Source: Macrostomum lignano (lineage: Eukaryota). Taken from it: DNA of 64,000 bases. The translations under genes and the position numbers were made by a program. The DNA lies in contig NIVC01000319.1 of assembly GCA_002269645.1 (NCBI GenBank), forward strand, positions 248,001-312,000, given 5' to 3'. The notes below the pieces were generated by a model. That model saw only the letters and a program-made list of their open reading frames with translations, was not told the origin of the DNA and searched no databases. How positions within the stretch are numbered: the first letter of the stretch is position 1; each line of letters begins with the position of its first letter. This document shows, one piece after another, positions 48,870 through 58,639 of the stretch.

Positions 48870-50240
48870 GCAACCTTTCAACCCAGTCTCTCTCACCTGC
48901 AACCCTTCAACCCAGTCTCACTCACCAGCAACCCATCAACCCAGTTTCTCTCACCTGCAACCCTTCAACCCAGGCTCTCACCTGCAACCCTTCAACCCAG
49001 TCTCGCTCACCTGCAACCCATCAACCCAGTCTCTCACCTGCAACCCTTCAACCCAGGCTCTCACCTGCAACCCTTCAACCCAGTCTCTCTCACCCGCATC
49101 TCTTCGACCAGTCTCTCACCTGAAACCCTTCAACCCAGTCTCTCTCACCTGCAACCCTTTAACCCAGTCTCTCTCACCTGCAACCCTTTAACCCAGTCTC
49201 TCTCACCTGCAACCCTTTAACCCATTCTCTCTCACCTGCAACCCATCAACCCAGTCTCTCACCTGCAACCCTTCAACCCAGTCTCTCTCACCTGCAACCC
49301 TTCAACCCAGTCTCACTCACCAGCAACCCATCAACCCAGTTTCTCTCACCTGCAACCCTTCAACCCAGTCTCTCACCTGCAACCCTTTAACCCGGTCTCT
49401 CTTACCTGCAACCCATCAACCCAGTCTCTCACCTGCAACCCTTCAACCCAGGCTCTCACCTGCAACCCTTCAACCCAGTCTCTCACCTGCAACCCTTCAA
49501 GCCAGTTTCTCTCACCTGCAACCCTTCAACCCAGGCTCTCACCTGCAACCCTTCAACCCAGTCTCTCTCACCTGCAACCCATCAACCCAGTCTCTCACCT
49601 GCAACCCTTCAACCCAGGCTCTCACCTGCAACCCTTCAACCCAGTCTCTCTCACCCGCATCTCTTCGACCCAGTCTCTCACCTGAAACCCTTCAACCCAG
49701 TCTCTCTCACCCGCATCTCTTCAACCCAGTCTCTCTCACCTGCAACCCTTTAACCCAGTCTCTCTCACCTGCAAACCTTTAACCCATTCTCTCTCACCTG
49801 CAACCCATCAACCCAGTCTCTCACCTGCAACCCTTCAACCCAGTCTCTCTCACCTGCAACCCTTTAACCCAGTCTCTCTCACCTGCAACCCTTTAACCCA
49901 TTCTCTCTCACCAGCAACTCTTCAACCCAGTCTCTCCCACCTGCAACCCTTCAACCCAGTCTCTCTCACCTGCAAACCTTTAACCCATTCTCTCTCACCT
50001 GCAACCCTTTAACCCATTCTCTCTCACCTGCAACCCATCAACCCAGTCTCTTCCACCTGCAACCCTTCAACCCAGTCTCTCACCTGCAACCCTTTAACCC
50101 GGTCTCTCTCACCTGCAACCCTTCAACCCAGTCTCTCACCTGCAACCCTTCAACCCAGTCTCTCACCTGCAACCCTTCAACCCAGTCTCTCACCTGCAAC
50201 CCTTCAACCCAGTTTCTCTCACCTGCAACCCTTCAACCCG
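48870..50240. repeat. 27-29-bp minisatellite (cacctgcaacccttcaacccagtctctct) between SMARCC and VPS41
   Basis: More than 40 units; on the minus strand most units read CAGGTGAG. Confidence 0.96.
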
Positions 50241-50728
50241 TTTATTTATTTAAGTCCATGCAAATGGAATTTCTAAGACACGGTGCCATTTCCACCAATC
50301 AGCACATCTAATCAACATTAAAAGTATTGAAAATGAGATCTAAATGATAAAGCCCAGCTCAGCGAGTAATAAAGCAGGCCATAAAGCCGCAGCCTTAGCC
50401 ATACAAAATGCACAAATGAACAGCTTATTTATTAGAAAGCGAGCAGGAGACTTTGCTTGTAATAAAAAAACACTAAAGATAGTGGTAATAGAAGCCGATT
50501 AATGCCAGGAAATTCAAGATAAAACACGAGTTGAAATGATAAAGAAATGCTTAATTCAAACCGAACTATATATAAATCGTGTAGGGGGGGATTGCCAATG
50601 CTTTAAATTTCTGTTACTGAAATCGTTACTGAGCAGCAACAAGGTCATCTTTAAAGAGTTAAAAGGCAGTATAAACGGACACTTTTTGTACTGCAAAATA
50701 TACAGCGGGTCTGTTGACCTCCGGGCCC

Positions 50729-53700
50729 TCAGCCGCTGCATTCTCGCTGAGACGCGCCAGCGGCCGACATGGCAAACCGGTTGACCTCCTGGTAGAACTC
50801 CTGGCGCTCCTCCAGCAGCAGGCGGCGCTGAGACTCCAGGTGCTCGCGCTCCCTGTCCATCAGCGACTCCAGCTCATGGAAGTGGCGCAGCTTAGCTTCA
50901 ATCTTCTTTGCCTGAGCCTCCACTAGAGAGCCCACCAGGCTCTTGATCCTGGACTCCTCAGCCTGTGCCAGCTGCTTGGCGCTTGCCGCCGCTGCGGCCA
51001 GGGCTGAGGCCGGCTCAGCCTTCTTGGCCTCTTCATCCGCTGCCTCTCTGGGACTCATGGCGGGATCTGCTGCCACCTTGGGACTCTTGGCGGGATCCGC
51101 TGCCGCCTTGGGACTCTTGGCGGGATCTGCTGCCGCCTTGGGACTCTTGGCGGGATCCGCTGCCGCTTTGGGACTCTTGGCGGTATCTGCTGCCGCCTTG
51201 GGACTCTTGGCGGGATCCGCTGCCTCTTTGGGACTCTTGGCGGGATCTGCTGCCGCCTTGGGACTCTTGGCGGGATCCGCTGCCTCTTTGGGACTCTTGG
51301 TGGGATCCGCTGAATCCTTGGGACTCTTGGCGGGATCCGCTGCCTCTTTGGGACTCTTGGCGGGATCCGCTGCCTCTTTGTCGCCGACGCTCTGCTGGTG
51401 AGCCTTGAGCACGCAGCTGGGAATCTCGTCCCTCATCTTGGCGTACTCGTCCAGAGCAGCCTTGGTGGCGGCGCTGGCAATCCTGGGATCAACAGTGGCA
51501 GCCAGGAAGGCCACGGTGCACATGATGGGGTTGCCGGCCTTGCTGAAGGGAATCGGCTGGTGGATCAGCGGGCCCAGCGCCTCTTCGGCGCCCTCTAAAA
51601 ACGGATCCTCGATCGGCAGCTTCAGGAAGTGCAGCACGCACTCCTCCTGGGTGCGGGACCCCACGTGCTCGGCCACTCGGTTCCAGTCGTCTTTGAATAG
51701 CTCAAGGCCCTCCAGCAGGCTCAGCGTCTCCTGGTCAGTCCAGTCCGACTTGCGGCTGGCCGGCGGCTTGTCCGGCAGCTTCGAGCTCGCCTCGGACTTC
51801 TGGATGTCGCTAGCGGCGTCCTTTGAGCTGTCCTTGGCAGACGGATGAGCGGCGCCGTTCACTTTTTCGCTGGCGCCGGACGGCGGCGCGGGTTTCAGCG
51901 GCGCCAGACAAGCCGGGCTGTCCGATAGGGCGAGGAAATTCGACGCAGATGGCGGGCCAAGAGCGGCGAGCTTGGACTCCTTGTCCACCTGTCGGTGTCC
52001 ATGCAGGGGTGAGCGAGGTGGATGCAGTGAGTCACGCGAGCTACGATGAGCTTACGGCTGAGGGAAACCCCGGACTAAGACTCAAACTCCTACTGTGGGG
52101 TCGAACAAAGACTCAAACGCCTACTGTGGGGTCGGACAAAGACTCAAACTCTACTGTTGGGTCGGATAAAAACTCAAACTCTACTGTTGGGCCGGACAAA
52201 GACTCAAGCTCTACTGTGGGGTCGGACAAAGACTCAAACTCTACTGTGGGGTCGGACAAAGACTCAAACTCTACTGTTGGGTCGGATAAAAACTCAAACT
52301 CTACTGTTGGGTCGGACAAAGACTCAAGCTTTACTGTGGGGTCGGACAAAGACTCAAACTCTACTGTGGGGTCGGACAAAGACTGAAACTCTACTGTGGG
52401 GTCAGACAAAGACTCAAACTCTACTATAGGTCAGACAAAGACTCAAACCCTACTGTGGGGTTTAGACAAAGACTCAAACTCTACTGTGGGGTTGGACAAA
52501 GACTCAAACTCTACTGTTGGGTCGGATAAAAACTCAAACTCTACTGTTGGGTCGGACAAAGACTCAAGCTTTACTGTGGGGTCGGACAAAGACTCAAACT
52601 CTACTGTGGGGTCGGACAAAGACTTAAACTCTACTGTGGGGTCGGACAAAGACTCAAACTCTACTGTGGGGTCGGACAAAGACTCAAACTCTACTGTGGG
52701 GTCAGACAAAGACTCAAACTCTACTATAGGTCAGACAAAGACTCAAACTCTACTGTGGGGTTTAGACAAAGACTCAAACTCAAAGCAAAAACTCAAGTCC
52801 AGCCTCACCTGATAGTTGATAAGGCCCCACTGTTCCAGGAAAGCGTGCACCCTGAGGATGCCGCACACGTCGCCATGCAAATTCCGCCTGCAGGCAGTGA
52901 AGGTGAGGTACTCCTGCGGGTTGAGCCTGTAGGTGTCAATCATGAAGTTGCGGCAGGCCAGGTAGGCCTCAGGAGTTTTGGTCGGTCGGCCTTCGAGGAA
53001 GAACTCCGGCAGGCTGCGCCTCTCCAGCGCGTGGATGGAGTTGTAGTCGAACCAGGTGGCGTAGGAGGGCACGATGATGGCGTGCGCCTGCTCAGTCACC
53101 GTCACGTCGTCTGCTGCCGCTTTCTGCAGTTTAGAGCGCGTATTCAATGAAGCTAATTAATGCTGGGAATCCAATTCTTGGGATTCGTAATGTATGTTAA
53201 GAAATAATTGGCCTAAGAATTGAACTGTATGGTGGGATTAACTGTATATTTGAATCGGATGCTGGAAATTATCTGTTGATATTCGAATTGGATGACGGGA
53301 ATTCCTCTGATGGAATTTGGATTGGATGCCGGGAATTCGCAAGGATCAGATTGGATGCCGGGAATTCCCCTGCTGGATTCAGATTGGATGCCGGGAATTC
53401 CCCTGCTGAATTCAGATTGGATGCCGGGAATTCCCCTGCTGGATTCAGATTGGATGCCGGGAATTCCCCTGCTGGAATCGGATTGGATGCCGGGAATTCC
53501 CCTGCTGGAATCGGATTGGATGCCGGGAATTCCCCTGCTGGAATCGGATTGGATGCCGGGAATTCCCCTGCTGGAATCGGATTGGATGCCGGGAATTCCC
53601 CTGCTGGATTCAGATTGGATGCCGGGAATTCCCCTGTTGAGAGTCGGATCCAATCAACAATCAATCAGCAATTCACCTGTCCATTAAAATCGTCCTGATC

Positions 53701-53961
53701 GCCATTCGCGCTGTCCCTGTCGCTGCCTGCGCTCCCAGCCGAAGTGCCACCAGCGGCCTCGGCTGCAGCTCCATCGCTGCTGCAGCTGCGAGAGTCAGCT
53801 TCCTCCAACCGCTGAATCAGCTGGCGAGTCCTCTTGTTCTCACTTCTGGTCAGCAGTTTCCGACTGCTCAAATCTGAGGCTCTGGCTACCCCATTCGATG
53901 CAGCAGACGGGGCTGGCGATTTCTCGGGCGATGGGGATCTGGCTCGCTTGTGAAGCTTCAT
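50729..53961 (-). CDS. SMARCC2: SWI/SNF complex subunit SMARCC1/2-like (BAF155/170, moira), 619 aa as assembled
   Basis: Exons (minus): 53961-53677, 53123-52809, 51988-50729, all phase 0. SWIRM domain ([64 protein letters not shown]), SANT domain ([42 protein letters not shown]), [15 protein letters not shown], coiled coil ([14 protein letters not shown]). Co-orthologous to vertebrate SMARCC1 and SMARCC2. Confidence 0.93.
52085..52785. repeat. 30-bp minisatellite (gactcaaactctactgtggggtcggacaaa) in SMARCC intron 2
   Basis: About 23 units. Confidence 0.96.
53290..53640. repeat. 33-bp minisatellite (gattggatgccgggaattcccctgctggattca) in SMARCC intron 1
   Basis: About 10 units. Confidence 0.95.
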
Positions 53962-54916
53962 CTGGCTGCAGCATTGGGTGAGGATGTGGTTTGTATGGCT
54001 CCAACAAATACAGACAAAACAGACAGAGTAAGATTAGTTATAGTATCTTCAAGTATATGTTGTTTGCTCTTGAAGTCAAAATATACTAAGCAAAAAGCTA
54101 TCCAAATTTACCCATGCTCAAATCAGTCATTCGCAGATTTTCTTTGACAACAGTAGGAGTTATGTGCCCTCTGCCGCAGGAATTTCCGTGGGAAAACCAC
54201 GGGCCTACAGTGTGTGAACATAGGAGCCTATGTAAATGCATTGGTGCGCTCTGCCACAGGAATTACCATGAAAAAGCCATGGGCCCGCATCGGGCGGGCG
54301 CCTATGTGGGAGAACTCTGCAGAGAAAGCCATGGAAATAGCGTGGGGCCTAATGAGAGAACATAGCCGCTGTTGTTTTAATACATGCCATGGACTCTGCT
54401 CCTGGACTCAAAGTACATTGTTTTGAGCCGACAATAAACTTTGTAAACTGTAGTAAGTTTTCCTAAGTTTGAAAAATCTCACTTCCATGCCTCTCATCTC
54501 AACAAGAGTTCCCTAAACATTTGTGTGCTGACTATACGATCATTCCATTGAAACAAAAATAAAATCGTAGCAATTTGGCTGCGTAAAATGTGTCCTGTAG
54601 GAAATTTCAGTAGTTTTGATTTTTTAATAAACATTTCAGTGAGAGTCTTTTTAGATGGTGACTGCGTTTGGTCATGGGTGCCTCCGCACTTGAGTAAATT
54701 GGACTGAATGTTTTGTGAAAGTGAACTTTTAAAGCGCCGTTTATTGCTTTGTTTTTGTTGATATTGCTGGTTTTTATTGAATTCGGCGGCGGGAGAGTGG
54801 GGTGGCGGTCTTTAAAACTAACTGGTACACTGGGCGGGTAATGTTATCAGTTTTATTACTTTTGTTCAATAACGATAAGAAAATAATTAGTGTATACACA
54901 TATGTAACGTGTAAAC

Positions 54917-55574
54917 TAGGGGTCACTGAAACTAGGGCTTTTTCCGGGATCCCGGGATTCACAGGGTCGGGATTCAATCCCGGAAAGTTTATGCTATGTT
55001 TTTATTATGTCTGATATAATAGCATTTAGCAAGACAGTTAGGTAAAATATCGAACATGCATGCATCCATGTCCACTCTCCGCTGCCCACTTTGTAAAATC
55101 TTTGATGTTGAGTTCAGTCTTGTTTAAATAATTTAACCTTGATTTTAAATTTTGAACTCATCGTGCATGTCGTGACAACCTTGACAACGTGAATGCCCAC
55201 TGCCCAGACAGTAGTAGGTTGTGATTGTGAATGTAATATATACATTCATATTGCTTTGCACAGTGATACATGTACATTACATAATCCAATATATGTTATA
55301 CATAATATATATATGCATATTACAATATTGATATTGCGAGTAGTAACATACTACTATAATATTTAATATACTACGAGTATAATAACATCATTATTATAAT
55401 TTTATATATTACATTACCAGCCTAGCATTACCCCTTTAGCTCCTACCATAACTGTAAGCGTTATAAAAATGTCAGTCGCAGCATTTTTATGACATTATAA
55501 CTATGTTGTGACAAGGATGGTACTGGAAAATATAACTCCCGGGATGGACAGAATACGGGATTTTGTGACCCCTA
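54917..55574. mobile_element. Non-autonomous hAT-type DNA transposon, 658 bp
   Basis: Termini TAGGGGTCAC and GTGACCCCTA (perfect 10-bp TIR). 8-bp TSD GTGTAAAC at 54909-54916 and 55575-55582. Subterminal CGGGAT repeats at both ends. Confidence 0.9.
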
Positions 55575-56199
55575 GTGTAAACATATCTGTGTGTGTGCAT
55601 ATGGGGCAAATTGCCTGGTGATTTGGATATAAGGAAGGACTGAAAACTTTCTATTGCCCCAATAAAGTCTGATTTTTTTAAACTCTACCGTTTGGAATTC
55701 TGTTGAAAAACAATAATGAGCAGGACACGTTGCCCATCCTATGTGCATGAGGTTTGCACAACCTGCAATATAAGCAGACTCGGTGGGTTCAAACCATATG
55801 AGCACACTGCTCGTGAGACCTGCTGCATCACCCGCTGGCTGATCGATTGAACTGTTTACGGCTAGAAACCAATCAACAAGACATGGAAGCCACACCGTCG
55901 TAAATTGGAACTCAGCTGAGGATCGGGAGCAAGCCCGCATCATCGCTTTGGAGGTGGCAGAGCAAGAAGAGGAATTTAGGGCTGCTGAGCGAATTCGAGA
56001 ACCTGAGACCTCACTGAGTCAGGTGATCTCAAGTGAATGCGGTCGGCCATTGATGACGGTCACCACTGAGCTGCCTGCCGCCGCTGCTGCTTCTCAGCCG
56101 ATCACCGCTGAGCTGCTCGTTGTCACGTCACGACAGATGAAGATTGTGCTGAGCTGCCCGAATTAGATACGGCGTTCCTTGAGGAGTTAAGTGTAGAAA

Positions 56200-56552
56200 A
56201 ATCTAACGGCAGACAATGTGACCGGGAAGAATGTTGCCGGGAAGAGGCCACCAGCTTCAGAAGACTCCGCACGGGCCACTCGTTGGAGCTCGCCAACTAT
56301 GCGAAGCGCATCGGAAGATCCGAGGATAGAAACTGCCTGGAATGCGAATCGCAGGAGGAAAGTATCGAACACCTGATGAATTGCCCGGCGACCCGGAGGA
56401 AGAGAGAGGAGATGGACATCACATTTGGGAGCTTGCGGATCTTAACAACAAGGCCGAGAGGGCGCTCAACTTCTGGCGTTGGATTCGAGGCAGGAAGGCC
56501 GAAAGGCCAGCAGTAGTCTATGGGCCTTACACACACACATAACAGCAGCAGC
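56200..56552 (+). mobile_element. 5'-truncated non-LTR retrotransposon 3' end (C-terminal CCHC region)
   Basis: Translates REEATSFRRLRTGHSLELANYAKRIG..CLECESQEESIEHLMNCP, the RLRTGH..C..C...E...H...CP pattern of LINE ORF2 C-termini. One frameshift near 56428; ends in a (CA)n/(CAG)n tail. Confidence 0.75.
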
Positions 56553-58639
56553 AGGCCGCCATCCCAGTAGCTATGTTGTGCTCGTGCGCTTGCCCTGCCA
56601 AAGTGCACTCTGCCCCCCCCCACGCGGCATACCGTATTTGTTTTGGCGTTATATGCTCAGCGGTGTAAGCCGCTTAGCTGCCATTGTGTTCTCTGTGCAC
56701 TGGTTGGCTGAGCCGCCCTGTCTGGCCCTCGCCCCGGGCTGCTCCTCCCTCAGCTGCGCCGTGATTGGCTGCCCGCCCGTGTGTTTTCTGCGCTCTCCAA
56801 CGCAGGCCCGGAACGACGACTACCGTTTTTGTAGACCGTCCCCCTACCACACAGACAACAAACAATAAACATTGACCGTCGGGTCTGCCAGCCGCGAACA
56901 GACTTCAGCTGCAATTAATTGACCGCACGCGCAAGGGCGAGCTGTACGTGAAGTAAGTCACTGCCTTGTCTCCTTCATTTCAGGGGCTGTAGCAGGGACA
57001 GTCCTGACGCCGACTAAGGGGGGACTTGGCCAGGTAGTCTGCCAGGGACCACCCTGTACTGTAAGCCCGCCAGCTCGTGCGCTTTGACGCCCTGCTGAAG
57101 TTGATCGACATCACAGCGTCCACGCGTGTGCCGGCCACTTGGGTGCGTCCTGACGCCCCAGACTTAGGGTCCCGTGCGGACACTCGCGCCCTGACGCAGG
57201 CCAGCACGGGCCCGCGTACTCTGACCCTCGTAGACACACCCTTCCTGAGAGTCGTGAGTACAACAGCTGGAAAGAATCTTGAGCAGGCTTGGACGATGAT
57301 GATGCCAGAAAACTGTATTTCTGACATTCTCTGCGAGCTGGAATCTGGCCCTGCTCAACCATCAACGATGGATGCGGAAGCAATGGCGGGGGCAACAACG
57401 GGTGCGGCTGAGACGGCTTCTTCTGGATTGCAGCAGCAGCCTTCGTGTCTATTCAGCTCGTCCTTCCTAGCAGTGTTGTGGGGGAATACTTGGTTGACCT
57501 CGGGGGTAACTTTTGAATCCGGCTTAGCAACTCATAATTTTGCATTTAATTTTTTTAATGGGTAGATTGCTAATTAGCGGTAATCATGGGTAAAAGATAA
57601 TGTGCAATTTTAAATGTGTATTGTATATAGTTTGTAGCGTTTAATGTGTAGAAATTAACAGCTAGCTGAAAGACTAGGATATCTATCAAATGCAATATAT
57701 GTAGCTTATTACGAAATCAAGAAGTGCAGTGGCTATAGTTCAATTGCAGCTTTGAAACCAATTATCTGAAGCAATTACTGTTTCGAATTAGCTAATGGGA
57801 TCTCTCATTACAGGGATTATGTTCTCATACACTAAAGAGGTGTGAAATGGGGCATATCCTATCTAAAATGAGCATTGTGGTCTTTCGGCTGTAAACTTAT
57901 AGGGTCGTAGTATGCTCTACCGTTTACGTGTTGTTTATTGTCGTTTCTGGGACCCCAAAAATTTTTGCAAGCTGAAAGTAAATGCAAGTTATTCTATGCA
58001 TAATTTTCAATTATCTATCAAGCAATTTTGTTCAAAGCTTTGTGTTTCTATTTGTTTTCACTAATTTTTATAATTTCTTTTAAAATAAAAAGCTCGTAAT
58101 ACGAGCATATAACGGCTTTGAAGGCTGATGAAAAAACATGCCAGACTTGATTTTCAATCATTTCCATCGAACTGACTACTGTCTGATGGAGGATTCGGTT
58201 CGGGAACCCACAGGACAGGGCTCGCTGCTAGAGTCCGCCGATTTCAGTGTTGAACCTGGGACCAACAGTGAGTTAGATTAACTATAAAGTTTGCGAATTC
58301 TTTGAATAATAGATTACAAATCTGAGAAATCCCCACAAATAATCAGACAGATGATTCATTTAAATGAAACGCCCAAGTTGAGTAAATCTATGAGCAAATT
58401 TCAAACTGTTGGGATTCTCAAGCTCCGATCCACTGATTACCGATATGCCAATTTCCATAGCTATCTGAATCATATCAAAACGCCATGGGATTTGCTTCTT
58501 AAAAGGGCAGTACATTTTTTAAATTTAAAACTGAAAATTTAAAATTGGCTTTGTTCAAAAATATTTCATTACACTTTGCTTTAAATTCTATACCATATTT
58601 TATTTCCTCATCCGTCTATCAGGAATCCCATTCCGATCT

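Noticed and set aside
54160-54350. Three diverged about 70-bp repeats (ctctgc..ggaa..ccatgg..gggcc) with small ORFs
   Set aside because: Stops occur in all minus-strand frames, there is no recognisable domain and no defined element ends; probably TE debris.
56980-57327. Minus-strand ORF with RTSWRAYSTGWSLADYLAKS, reminiscent of the lactate dehydrogenase GYTSWAIGLSVADL segment
   Set aside because: Similarity is limited to one short stretch, with no other LDH motifs or splice-consistent exons; needs BLASTX, likely coincidence.
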